Source: an uncultured Collinsella sp. | GTDB taxonomy: Bacteria; Actinomycetota; Coriobacteriia; Coriobacteriales; Coriobacteriaceae | DNA length: 64,000 bases | Direction of reading: 5' to 3' | Assembly: GCA_902494345.1 (NCBI GenBank) | Contig: CABUSV010000013.1 | Coordinates: forward strand, 5,482-69,481 | Shown here: one piece after another, positions 19,495 to 29,019 of the stretch | Layout of the letters: the number at the start of each line of letters is the position of its first letter | Position numbering within the stretch: position 1 is the stretch's first letter | The notes under the pieces: model-generated | Seen by the model: the letters and a program-made list of their open reading frames with translations, nothing else | Told to the model about the DNA's origin: nothing | Databases searched by the model: none | Translations under genes and position numbers: made by a program

Positions 19495-22400
19495 ATGAGA
19501 TTGATACACAACAGCCGTCTGCCGCAGTTTCGCACTCCGTTTGGCGCTGTGACCACAGGAACTACCCTTTCGCTCTCCGTGATTCTGGAGGATGCCGACC
19601 CCAACCAGGCAACGCTTACGCTGCGCACCTGGGTCGATGAAATCGGTGAGTCTTTGTATCCCATGACGCACGAGGGCGACGGCATATTTACCGTAGAGCT
19701 TGAGTGCACCGAGCCCTGTCTCATCTGGTACAGCTTTATATGCAATATCGAGGGCCAGCCCGAGGTTCGCCTGGGCGCACCACAGGGCCGCACCGGCGGC
19801 GAGGGCGTAACCTACGACTACGCCGAGGTGCCGTCATTCCAGGTCACCGTCTACAAGCACCGCGAAGTTCGACCCGAGTGGTACGAGCGCGGAATGGTCT
19901 ACCAGATCTTCCCCGATCGCTATGCCCGCGACGAGCACTGGCGCGAGCGCACGCTGGCCGAGGTCGAAAAACCGCGCAACGGAATCCAGCGCCGGATGGT
20001 CGAGGACTGGAACGAGCCGCCTGTGTACGAGCGCGCCGAGGACGGCTCCATCAAGACCTGGGACTTCTACGGCGGATCGCTCAAGGGTATCCAAGAAGAC
20101 CTGCCTCGAATCGCCGAGCTGGGCTTTACAGCAATCTACCTCAACCCCATCTTTGAAGCGGCAAGCAACCACCGCTACGACACCGCCGATTACACCAAGA
20201 TCGATCCGATTCTGGGCACCGAGCAGGACTTTACTGAGCTGTGCGAGGCGGCCGAGAAGCTGGGCATTTCCATCATTCTGGACGGTGTGTTTAACCACAC
20301 GGGCGACGATTCGATCTACTTCAACCGCTACGGCAACTACCCCGGCGTGGGCGCGTGGCAGAGCGAGGATTCGCCGTGGCGCGATGCGTTTTATTTCCAC
20401 GAGGACGACTCGTACGACTGCTGGTGGGGCGTGGGTAATATGCCCGCCATCAATGAGAGCTCCGAGCTGGTACGCGAGCGGCTCCTGGGCAAGGACGGCG
20501 TCATTCGTAAATGGCTGCGCGCTGGTGCTCATGGCTGGCGCCTAGATGTGGCCGACGAACTTTCCGACGATTTCCTAGCCGAGATCAAGAAGGCAGTACT
20601 TGCCGAAAAGCCCGATGCCCTGCTGCTCGGCGAGGTCTGGGAAGACGCCTCCAACAAGATCAGCTACGGCCATCTGCGTCGCTATCTACAAGGCTCCGAG
20701 CTCGACTCGGCCATGGATTACCCCTTCCGCGACATGGTCATCGGCTTTTTGATGGGCTACAAAAACGCCTACCAAGCTGCCGAGGATATCGAGACCCTGC
20801 GCGAGAACTATCCGCGCGAGGCCCTGTCTTGCGCGCTCAACCTGCTGTCGAGCCACGACCGTCCGCGCATTATCTCGGTGCTCGGCGGCGGCCCCGACGA
20901 GTCACAGCTGCCCGAGTGCGAGCGCAGCAAGTGGCGCCTGGACGAAAACGCGATGGGCCTGGCCAAGAGCCGTTTTTGGCTCGCGACGCTCATGCAGATG
21001 ACGTTCCCGGGCGTTCCCTCGATCTATTATGGCGACGAGTACGGCTTGGAGGGTCTCACCGATCCGGGCAATCGTCGCACCATGCCGACCAAGGAAGACC
21101 TGCACGACTTCGATACGTTTGCGATCGTTAAGAATGCCTCGGCCGTGCGCCGCGCGCTGCCGTTTATGATCGACGGTGAAATCAAGGCCTTCGCGCTCAA
21201 TGACGAGGTGCTGGCCTACAACCGTACCGGTAAAGACGGCGAGTCCGCGACCGTCATCATCAACCGCAGCCTGCGCAATTCGCATCGCGTGACCATTCCG
21301 GCGCTCGGCGAATGTGCGAGCGATGTGATTAGCGGTCACGAGTGCGAGATCCACAACGGTACGGTCACGCTCGACCTGTACCCGCTGGGCTCGTCGATCA
21401 TCTATCACCACGCCGAGCAGCGCCTGCAGGAGCCGCTCGATCACGGTGCGGGTGTTGTGTGCCATATCACATCGGTGCCGACCGACGACGGCAAGCCCGG
21501 TACGATCGGTGCGCCCACGCGTCGCTTTATCGACCATCTGGCCGCCATGGGCATGCGCTACTGGCAGGTTCTCCCCGTCAACCCCACGGACTTCTTCCGC
21601 TCCCCTTACGCCGGTCCTTCGGCCTTTGCAGGCAATATCGACCTGCTGCCCGAAAGCCACGAGGAGCTGGCCGCCGACTTTGAGACCTGGAAGGCCCGCG
21701 GCGGCGAGGATGCCGACCCGCTGTACACAGCGTTTAAACATCGCAATGCCGATTGGCTCGAGAAATACTGCGTCTACATGGCCGTTAAGAAGTACTTTGA
21801 GGGCGAGTCGCGCCACGATTGGCCGGCAGATGTCGCGCGCTACAACGAGCATCTGATCGACGACAAGCGCTTCCACAACGAGGCCGAGCTTCAGGCGTAC
21901 ATGCAGTACCGCTTTGACCTGGCTTGGTGCGAGCTCATGAACTATGCGCACAAGAAGGGCATCGAGGTTATCGGCGATATTCCTATGTACGTGTCCGACG
22001 ATTCGGCAGATGCGTGGAGCGAACCCGAGAACTTCTGGCTGTCCGATACCGGCAAGGCGATTGAGATTTCCGGTGCGCCGCCCGACAACTTTGCACCCGA
22101 GGGCCAGGTGTGGGGCAACCCGACGTTCCGCTGGGACCACATGAAGCAGAACGGCTATAGCTGGTGGATGGACCGCCTGCATCGTGCGTTTTCGCTCTAC
22201 GACCGCGTGCGTCTGGATCACTTCCTGGGCTTCCACAGCTATTTCAGCATTCCCGCGGGCAAGGCATGCGCCGACGGGCGTTGGCTGGCAGGACCGGGCA
22301 AAGACCTATTCCAGACCGCCTATGACGAGCTGGGTCCACTCAACTTTATCGCCGAGGACCTGGGCTATTTGACGCCCGGTGTTCGCGCCATGGCTTCGAC

Positions 22401-22791
22401 CTGCGGCTTCCCCGGCATGGACGTGCTGGAGTTTAGCGATTACGACGTCCGTTGCGGCGTGCACCCCACGCCCGGCAAGATTCTGTACACCTCGACGCAC
22501 GATACGTCGACGCTGGCCGGTTGGTGCACGCGTTCCTTTGCGGGCGGCGATGAACCGAGCGGTGTTGAGGTGGCGGCCAAGCTGATGGGCGATGCGCTGG
22601 CAAGCGACGCTCCCCTCGTGATGATGCCGCTGCAGGATGTCCTGGGACTTGGCGACGACGCACGCATGAACGTTCCGGGCGTGGCCACGGGCAACTGGAC
22701 CTGGCAGGCTGACGAGGCGGACGTTGCCGCCGCCGAGGACAAAACCGCACAGCTCCTGCGCAACAACCATAGATTCTGGGGCGAAGCGTGA
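19495..22791 (+). CDS. malQ: Fused GH13 amylopullulanase/neopullulanase-like domain and GH77 4-alpha-glucanotransferase
   Basis: YQIFPDRY, DGVFNH, GWRLDVA, GEVWED, LSSHD (GH13); WQVLPVNP, GDIPMYV, GQVWGNP, RLDHFLGF, AEDLG, THD, RMNVPG (GH77). Confidence 0.9.
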   Translation: MRLIHNSRLPQFRTPFGAVTTGTTLSLSVILEDADPNQATLTLRTWVDEIGESLYPMTHEGDGIFTVELECTEPCLIWYSFICNIEGQPEVRLGAPQGRTGGEGVTYDYAEVPSFQVTVYKHREVRPEWYERGMVYQIFPDRYARDEHWRERTLAEVEKPRNGIQRRMVEDWNEPPVYERAEDGSIKTWDFYGGSLKGIQEDLPRIAELGFTAIYLNPIFEAASNHRYDTADYTKIDPILGTEQDFTELCEAAEKLGISIILDGVFNHTGDDSIYFNRYGNYPGVGAWQSEDSPWRDAFYFHEDDSYDCWWGVGNMPAINESSELVRERLLGKDGVIRKWLRAGAHGWRLDVADELSDDFLAEIKKAVLAEKPDALLLGEVWEDASNKISYGHLRRYLQGSELDSAMDYPFRDMVIGFLMGYKNAYQAAEDIETLRENYPREALSCALNLLSSHDRPRIISVLGGGPDESQLPECERSKWRLDENAMGLAKSRFWLATLMQMTFPGVPSIYYGDEYGLEGLTDPGNRRTMPTKEDLHDFDTFAIVKNASAVRRALPFMIDGEIKAFALNDEVLAYNRTGKDGESATVIINRSLRNSHRVTIPALGECASDVISGHECEIHNGTVTLDLYPLGSSIIYHHAEQRLQEPLDHGAGVVCHITSVPTDDGKPGTIGAPTRRFIDHLAAMGMRYWQVLPVNPTDFFRSPYAGPSAFAGNIDLLPESHEELAADFETWKARGGEDADPLYTAFKHRNADWLEKYCVYMAVKKYFEGESRHDWPADVARYNEHLIDDKRFHNEAELQAYMQYRFDLAWCELMNYAHKKGIEVIGDIPMYVSDDSADAWSEPENFWLSDTGKAIEISGAPPDNFAPEGQVWGNPTFRWDHMKQNGYSWWMDRLHRAFSLYDRVRLDHFLGFHSYFSIPAGKACADGRWLAGPGKDLFQTAYDELGPLNFIAEDLGYLTPGVRAMASTCGFPGMDVLEFSDYDVRCGVHPTPGKILYTSTHDTSTLAGWCTRSFAGGDEPSGVEVAAKLMGDALASDAPLVMMPLQDVLGLGDDARMNVPGVATGNWTWQADEADVAAAEDKTAQLLRNNHRFWGEA

Positions 22792-22879
22792 TAAAACCAC
22801 CGATATAGGGTACAGTTACAGACGTTTGAATTTTTGCGGGCAGAGTAATCTGCCCGCTTTGTGCTGAAAAGGAAGTATT

Positions 22880-23116
22880 ATGGCGCGCTACGATTACAAG
22901 TGCTCGAGCTGCGGCAACGTGTTTGAGGTTGAGCATCCCATGTCCGAGACTCCCGAGGTCGTGTGCCCGAGCTGCGGTGCCCCGGCGGCCAAGACGTTCT
23001 CGGCCAGCGGCATTAAATTTGAGGGTAGCGGTTTCTATAACACCGACCAGCGAAGCGGCGGCTCCAGCACTAACGCCACCAACGGCTGCTGTGCCAACTG
23101 CCCGCATAGCCACTAG
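22880..23116 (+). CDS. FmdB-family zinc-ribbon protein
   Basis: MARYDYKCSSCG...CPSCG...FEGSGFYNTD. Confidence 0.88.
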   Translation: MARYDYKCSSCGNVFEVEHPMSETPEVVCPSCGAPAAKTFSASGIKFEGSGFYNTDQRSGGSSTNATNGCCANCPHSH

Positions 23117-23120
23117 GAAC

Positions 23121-23159
23121 CAAACAGCCCCGCGATCAACACCGATCGCGGGGCTGTTT
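23121..23159 (+). terminator. Intrinsic terminator
   Basis: AAACAGCCCCGCGATC / GATCGCGGGGCTGTTT followed by CTTT. Confidence 0.8.
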
Positions 23160-23203
23160 CTTTGCGCTATAGGTGGCTAATTATCTACCCAGGTTTCCTT
23201 ATG

Positions 23204-23270
23204 AGTTGCGGTGAAATAAGGACTGTTTGGCGGGTTGAAGCCGCTATTCAATCCCTATTTCACCGCAACT
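23204..23270. repeat. Short inverted-repeat element, copy 1
   Basis: AGTTGCGGTGAAATA...TATTTCACCGCAACT; homologous to 39411-39475. Confidence 0.75.
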
Positions 23271-23276
23271 TAGTCG

Positions 23277-24677
23277 TTACTTGCGGACCAGCCTGGCGCA
23301 GAAGTGGCCGTCGTAGGAGTCGGCGTTTACCGGCACGCTTTGGAAGAGGCCTCGATCGTTCTGGCGTACGGATACGAGTTTCTTGGCCTGATCGAACTCG
23401 GGGAGTTGCAGAATCTGTGCCTCGGAAAGCGGTGCCACGCTAAAGCCGGAACCCTCGGGAGAAGCAAGGAACGCGTCCACGACCTGCGTGTTCTCCTCGT
23501 CGAAGACCGAGCACGTTGCATAGATGAGCTCACCGCCGGCAGCCACGCGCGCAGCAGCCTCCTTGAGCATCGTCAGCTGCAGCTTGGGCAGCTCAGCCGT
23601 CACATCCTTTTCGGTCAGGCGCCACGGAATCTCGGGATGACGACGCATGGTTCCGGTGCCAGAGCACGGCGCATCGATAAAGACCGTGTCGAACTTAACC
23701 GGCTCGCCAAGCATGGCATCAAACGATGTGAGCACCTCATCAAGCTCGCAGGCATCACCCGAAACCGTACGAACGCCCTGAATACCCGCCTTGTGAAGGC
23801 GCGCGAGATTCAGGTCGCACTTACGGTCATGAAGATCAAGTGCCGTATGCTGACGCTCATAGCCGGCGCGCTTGGCCTGGCACATCATCACATAGGTCTT
23901 GGTTCCGCGGCCGGCACCAATCTCCAGGCAGCGCCCGGGACGGGTCGCCGCGGTAGCGATGAGCTGGGCGTTAAGGTCCGAGGCAACGGCAGCAGCGCGC
24001 TCAAACACGCCGGACGCAACCGTGACCTGCGCATCGACCGGTGCATGGCAGCCCGGGAACACGGGCGCAACAAGCTGCGAGATATACGGGTCGGGTTTGG
24101 TGGCAAAAGCGTTCTCGTGCAAAGCGAGCGGCGCGGGAGCCAGATTGCCGGCAAAGTTGAGCGCGCCCTCGGGTGTGTCGAACGATGCCATAATGCGAGC
24201 ACAAAGCCAGCGCGGCAGACCCATCAGGCGCGACAGGCGAACCAGACGACGTTCGGACTCATCGGCATCCGCTGCGGCGGCAAAATCCTCAACGTTGTCC
24301 GCGACCTTATGCAGCACGGCATTGGCCAAACCGGCGGCTGACTTAGCACCGCTGCGCACGAGCTCAACGCCCTGACTCACCGCAACACGACCCGGCGTAT
24401 GCAGATAGAGCATCTCAAAGGCCGAGATACGAAGCGCCATGCGCACACGAGGCGCGACCTTTTTTGGCTTATCGAGAAACTGGTCGAGCAGCTCATCCAA
24501 AATGCCCTGGGTGGCCGCAACGCCAAGTGCCAAACGAGCGGCAAAAGCAGAATCGCGCTGGTCAATGGCCTTGGCCGAAGCACGGGACGAGAGCACGTCG
24601 CGCGCGTACATGCCGCGGCGATCGGCCTCCATCAAAACATCAAGCGCGAGCTTGCGCGCGGGGGAAAGCTTGCTCAT
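23277..24677 (-). CDS. rsmB: NusB-domain RsmB/Sun m5C rRNA methyltransferase
   Basis: NusB-like N-terminus, DAPCSGTGTMRRHPE, YATCS; downstream of fmt; ATG 24677. Confidence 0.88.
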   Translation of the reverse strand: MSKLSPARKLALDVLMEADRRGMYARDVLSSRASAKAIDQRDSAFAARLALGVAATQGILDELLDQFLDKPKKVAPRVRMALRISAFEMLYLHTPGRVAVSQGVELVRSGAKSAAGLANAVLHKVADNVEDFAAAADADESERRLVRLSRLMGLPRWLCARIMASFDTPEGALNFAGNLAPAPLALHENAFATKPDPYISQLVAPVFPGCHAPVDAQVTVASGVFERAAAVASDLNAQLIATAATRPGRCLEIGAGRGTKTYVMMCQAKRAGYERQHTALDLHDRKCDLNLARLHKAGIQGVRTVSGDACELDEVLTSFDAMLGEPVKFDTVFIDAPCSGTGTMRRHPEIPWRLTEKDVTAELPKLQLTMLKEAAARVAAGGELIYATCSVFDEENTQVVDAFLASPEGSGFSVAPLSEAQILQLPEFDQAKKLVSVRQNDRGLFQSVPVNADSYDGHFCARLVRK

Positions 24678-25594
24678 GACAAAACACCCCAGATAAGATC
24701 GGCACCCTGCAGGCCAGCAGCCCAAGCAGAAGCAACCATAGCACGCTTGCCATCAGGCTTAACCTCGAGCAACTCAACCGAGCCATCGGAAAGACCCAGG
24801 TAAACACGCTTGGCCTTAACGAGAACCTGACCCTCGCTAAGCGACACATCAGCCGACGCAGCATCGAGCACGCGCACGGTCTTGCCGGCAATCACGCAAC
24901 GAGCAGGCGCGGTATCGGACGAGGCCAGCACATGACGCACGCAATCAAGCGCCATCATTTGCGGATCCAGACGCATCTCCTGCTTAGAAATCTTGGCGGC
25001 ATGAGTGACGAGCGCCTCATCCTGCTCAGTCCAAACAGCCGAGCCATCGGCAAGCGAGGGAAGCGTATCAGCCAGCAGTTTGCCGCCAAGCTCAGCAAGC
25101 TCCATGGTCAACGCCTCAGCATGCTTACCGGCAACCGACGTGGAAGCCTGAGCGCAATAAGCACCAGTATCCACGCCATGCCCAATACGCATAATGGAAA
25201 CGCCAGCAACCTCATCACCAGCGAGAATAGCACGCTGAATAGGAGCAGCCCCACGCCAACGAGGTAGCAAGGACGCATGAACATTCACAATGCCGAGCGG
25301 CGCCATATTCAAGACCTCATCAGGTAAAATGCAACCATAGGCAGCCACGCAGAAAATGTCAGCTTGGGCAGCTTGAAGCGCCTCAACAACCTCAGGCGTC
25401 ATACGATTGGCCTCAACAACCGGCAATCCCAGCTCAAGCGCCTTGGCCTTAACAGGAGAAGGCTCAAGCTTCTTACCACGCCCACGAACAGCATCAGGAC
25501 GAGTAATAACAAGCGCAATCTCATTGCCAGCCGCGACAAGCGAAGTCAGCGAAGGCACAGCAAAATCAGGCGTACCCATAAACACAATACGCAT
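24674..25594 (-). CDS. fmt: Methionyl-tRNA formyltransferase
   Basis: MRIVFMGTPDFA, NVHASLLPRWRGAAPIQRAI. Confidence 0.96.
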   Translation of the reverse strand: MRIVFMGTPDFAVPSLTSLVAAGNEIALVITRPDAVRGRGKKLEPSPVKAKALELGLPVVEANRMTPEVVEALQAAQADIFCVAAYGCILPDEVLNMAPLGIVNVHASLLPRWRGAAPIQRAILAGDEVAGVSIMRIGHGVDTGAYCAQASTSVAGKHAEALTMELAELGGKLLADTLPSLADGSAVWTEQDEALVTHAAKISKQEMRLDPQMMALDCVRHVLASSDTAPARCVIAGKTVRVLDAASADVSLSEGQVLVKAKRVYLGLSDGSVELLEVKPDGKRAMVASAWAAGLQGADLIWGVLS

Positions 25595-25811
25595 AAAGAA
25601 CATCTCCCCTCAACCAAAGCCGAGACGGCTACAAAGAACAGCGGAAAGCCAAGTCACCAGCCCATCCGCAATAACAATTCAACAAGAACAAATATACCCA
25701 AAACCAAAGAAAGAGCCGCAATAAAAGCAGCTCTTCCAACAAAGCAATTATCAGCGAAGACGCCCCTCCCTGGCCCACCGGCACCCGGGCGAACCGAGCC
25801 AGAACAACGCA

Positions 25812-25913
25812 GTCCCCGGTGCTGAGCGCCCACATATCGTCCCGCGCGCAGTTTCGCAGCAAAGCGAGAATGTTTGAGCACGGGATGATATGTGGGCGCT
25901 CAGCACCGGGGAC
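25812..25913. repeat. Long palindromic element (33-bp arms, one mismatch)
   Basis: GTCCCCGGTGCTGAGCGCCCACATATCGTCCCG / CGGGATGATATGTGGGCGCTCAGCACCGGGGAC. Confidence 0.85.
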
Positions 25914-25921
25914 GGTGGGAC

Positions 25922-26458
25922 CTACTCCGTCTCGCCCGGTCGAGCGCCGCGGGCCAGGGCGTCCTGGTACTCCTTGACTGCCTTGAGCCTCTGCATCGGC
26001 TTCAGTCGCTCAAACATGGTGTTGCCGTGCAGGTGATCGATCTCGTGCTGCAGGCAAACGCAGAACAGATCGCCCGTGGCCTCATAGCGAATCAGGTTGG
26101 CGTCCAAGTCATACGCCTCGACGACGACATGGTCGGGACGCTCAATCTCGCAGCTAATGCCCGGGATGGACAGACAGCCCTCGCTAAACGGCACCAGATG
26201 GTCGCTCTGCTCAACAATGACGGGATTGATGAGCACGTACGGATCGTAGTCGTTCTTATCGCTGTAGTCGCAGTCGATGGTGACGAGCTGGATGAGCTCA
26301 CCGATCTGCGGGGCAGCCAGTCCGCAGCCGCCGTTGTCGAACATCATCTTCTTCATCTTCTCGGCAAGCGCCTCGATCGCCGGGGTGATCTCCTCAATGA
26401 CGGCGCACTCCTGGCGCAGACGAGGGTCGGGCGACAGTACGATTCCGTTGGCTTCCAT
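25922..26458 (-). CDS. def: Peptide deformylase
   Basis: GCGLAAPQIG, EGCLS, QHEIDHLHG. Confidence 0.96.
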   Translation of the reverse strand: MEANGIVLSPDPRLRQECAVIEEITPAIEALAEKMKKMMFDNGGCGLAAPQIGELIQLVTIDCDYSDKNDYDPYVLINPVIVEQSDHLVPFSEGCLSIPGISCEIERPDHVVVEAYDLDANLIRYEATGDLFCVCLQHEIDHLHGNTMFERLKPMQRLKAVKEYQDALARGARPGETE

Positions 26459-26476
26459 GGCCATCCTTTCGGTTTG

Positions 26477-28930
26477 TTACATCAAATCATAGGCATCGAC
26501 GTCAACGCTCACGCTCACGCCGCGCACAGAGCCCACCTCTTTGAGGCAGGCGTCGATATCATCAGAGACATGGTACCCCACGGGCGACTTCACAAGCAGA
26601 TGGAAGCGGTAACGGTCCTTGGCTCTCTCGATTACACACGAAGCCGGGCCCAGCACCTGCGGCACGGCACTCCCCGCCCGCAAAAAGTCGGGCGCGGCGG
26701 CATGCCAGCGACGCTTAAGAAGCTTTGCGATGCGTCCGATGTAGTCCTGCGCGTCGTCTCGGTTCGCCGACCACACCAAGATGTTGACCAAGCGAACAAA
26801 CGGCGGGTACAGCGCGTCGCGGCGCTGGTCCAGGTCGTAGTCGGTAAAGATCGAACGGTCGTGCTCGGCGACGGCGCGAATGACCGGATCCTCGGGCAGG
26901 TAGGTCTGGATGATCACCTCGCCGGGCCGATCGCCGCGACCGGCACGACCCGCCACCTGTTCCAGCAGGTCGTAGGCTCGCTCCCCTGCGCGGAAGTCCG
27001 GCAGCTTGAGGGCGAAGTCGGCATTAACCACGCCCACAAGCGTGACCTCGGGAAAGTCGAGACCCTTTGCGATCATTTGGGTGCCCAGCAACACGGCGCA
27101 ATCGGCCGCATCGAACTGCTCGAGCAGCTTTTTGTGCGCATCCTTGCCGCGCGTGGAATCGGCATCCATGCGAATAATGGCGACATCCTCGGGAAGCATC
27201 TGGTGCAGTGCGTCCTCAATCTGCTGAGTGCCCAGACCCATTTTTGCCAGGTAGCGACTGCCACATTTGGGACAACGGCTCGTGGGTGCGGGATACGGCT
27301 GCACGCGCCAAGACGAACCGCATGTGTGACACTGCAGCGTGTGCGTGCGCTCGTGATACGTAAGCGCGGTGGAGCAGTGGTTGCAGGTGGGGACGCAGCC
27401 GCACTCGCGGCACATCAGGAATGGCGAAAAGCCACGGCGGTTGTGCAACAGCACGGCTTTTTCGCGGCGCTCGACCACACGCTCCAGGCCTTCCATCAGC
27501 GGTTTTGAGAACATGGAGCGGCTGCCGTGCAAGAACTCGCGGCGCAGGTCGGCAATGCGGACTGTCGGCAGCACGGCGTTTCCCGGGCGCTCGGGCATCT
27601 CGACACGCGTCCAGGTGGCACCGTTATACGTGCCACGGCGGCAGCGATCGAGGGCCTCGGCAGAAGGCGTGGCAGAGCCCAACACGAGCGGGCAGCGGTA
27701 GCGCCGCGCCATCTCGGCCGCCACCTCGCGCGCGTGGTAACGCGGACTGGAGCCCTGCTTGTAGCTGGTCTCGTGCTCCTCGTCGATGATGATGAGGCCC
27801 AAGTCGTCAAGCGGGCAAAAGAGCGCCGAGCGGGCGCCGACGACCACGCGGGCCGCACCGCTGGCAACCATGTCCCACTGGTCCAGACGCTCGCCGGCCG
27901 AAAGGCGCGAATGGAACACGGCTACCGTCTCGCCAAAGCGCGAGCGGAAGCGGCCGACGGTCTGTGCCGTCAACGATATCTCGGGCACCAGCACGCAGGC
28001 CGAACGGCCGGCCGCCAGCACGTGCTCGATGGCGGAGAGGTAGACCTCAGTTTTACCGGATCCGGTGACGCCGTCGACAAGGACCACGTCGCCGTGTGCG
28101 TCCAGGCGAGCACGCTCAATCTGCGCGAGCGCCTGCTGCTGGCCGTTCGTGAGCGCGACCGGCGCCTTGCCGCTCGCAGAGGACAGCGTAGTCTGCTCGC
28201 TGCAGCCGCGCCAGGCACGGCGCTCCTCCACCACCACGACGCCGCGTTTTTCGAGCGCCTTGATGGTCGCTGACATGCTGTTATAGAGAAGGTTGAGATC
28301 GCGCGTCGTGACCGGTCCGCACTGGAGCGCCTCGATGAGCTGACGCTGGCGGACCGCCGTTTTGGGAGGCGTATAGTCGAAGCCCTCGGGCGTGAGCATG
28401 ACCCAGCGGTTTTGGATGGGTTTAACAGCGGGGCGCTCAACCGTCCACACGCCGTCGTCGCCCTTGACCACGCGCGGGCTTCCACCCGGTGGCAAGAACA
28501 GGCGCAGGCACTCGGAAAGCGTCGCAACATACTCGCGGCTCATCCAGCGTGCGATACGGGCAGCCTCGGCACCAAAGAGCGGTTTGCTGAGGATGGCTTC
28601 GACGGGCTTAATGCGCGAAGGGTAGAGGGCGTTGTTGCCCTGTAGGTCGCCCAGCTCAGGCGCAATGTCGACGATATAGCCCGCGGCCGCACGGTTGCCA
28701 AAATGAACTAGGACGGTGGAACCGATCTGGACATCGTTGGCGAGTGACTGCGGAATGCCGTAGGCGAACGGCTCGGACAGCGCACGCGTCGGGATGTCGA
28801 GAACCACGCTCGCATAGGCGGCGATGGGCTCAGGTGCAGGTTTAAGCTGCGTCGGGGCGGCGGCAGGAGCCGCGGACTTCGGAGTCTCCTCCGGTTCCGG
28901 CGAACCAAACAGCGAAAGTTGCTCGGCCAT
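26477..28930 (-). CDS. priA: Replication restart helicase PriA
   Basis: GVTGSGKTEVY, DEEH, two CxxC pairs, GTQMIAKGLDF, QVAGRAGR. Confidence 0.96.
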   Translation of the reverse strand: MAEQLSLFGSPEPEETPKSAAPAAAPTQLKPAPEPIAAYASVVLDIPTRALSEPFAYGIPQSLANDVQIGSTVLVHFGNRAAAGYIVDIAPELGDLQGNNALYPSRIKPVEAILSKPLFGAEAARIARWMSREYVATLSECLRLFLPPGGSPRVVKGDDGVWTVERPAVKPIQNRWVMLTPEGFDYTPPKTAVRQRQLIEALQCGPVTTRDLNLLYNSMSATIKALEKRGVVVVEERRAWRGCSEQTTLSSASGKAPVALTNGQQQALAQIERARLDAHGDVVLVDGVTGSGKTEVYLSAIEHVLAAGRSACVLVPEISLTAQTVGRFRSRFGETVAVFHSRLSAGERLDQWDMVASGAARVVVGARSALFCPLDDLGLIIIDEEHETSYKQGSSPRYHAREVAAEMARRYRCPLVLGSATPSAEALDRCRRGTYNGATWTRVEMPERPGNAVLPTVRIADLRREFLHGSRSMFSKPLMEGLERVVERREKAVLLHNRRGFSPFLMCRECGCVPTCNHCSTALTYHERTHTLQCHTCGSSWRVQPYPAPTSRCPKCGSRYLAKMGLGTQQIEDALHQMLPEDVAIIRMDADSTRGKDAHKKLLEQFDAADCAVLLGTQMIAKGLDFPEVTLVGVVNADFALKLPDFRAGERAYDLLEQVAGRAGRGDRPGEVIIQTYLPEDPVIRAVAEHDRSIFTDYDLDQRRDALYPPFVRLVNILVWSANRDDAQDYIGRIAKLLKRRWHAAAPDFLRAGSAVPQVLGPASCVIERAKDRYRFHLLVKSPVGYHVSDDIDACLKEVGSVRGVSVSVDVDAYDLM

Positions 28931-28969
28931 AGCCCCAGCACCTCCTATCCCATACGTCTACAGAAACAA

Positions 28970-28998
28970 GAGCCCCGCTCTGAGTGAACGGGGCTCGG
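28970..28998 (-). terminator. Hairpin after gltX
   Basis: GAGCCCCG...CGGGGCTC with a T-rich tail on the minus strand. Confidence 0.6.
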
Positions 28999-29019
28999 AT
29001 AAAAACGTTTGCGCAGCGA

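Noticed and set aside
25604..25881. Small hydrophobic ORFs between def and fmt
   Set aside because: Explained by the T-rich skew and the palindrome; no convincing RBS or motif
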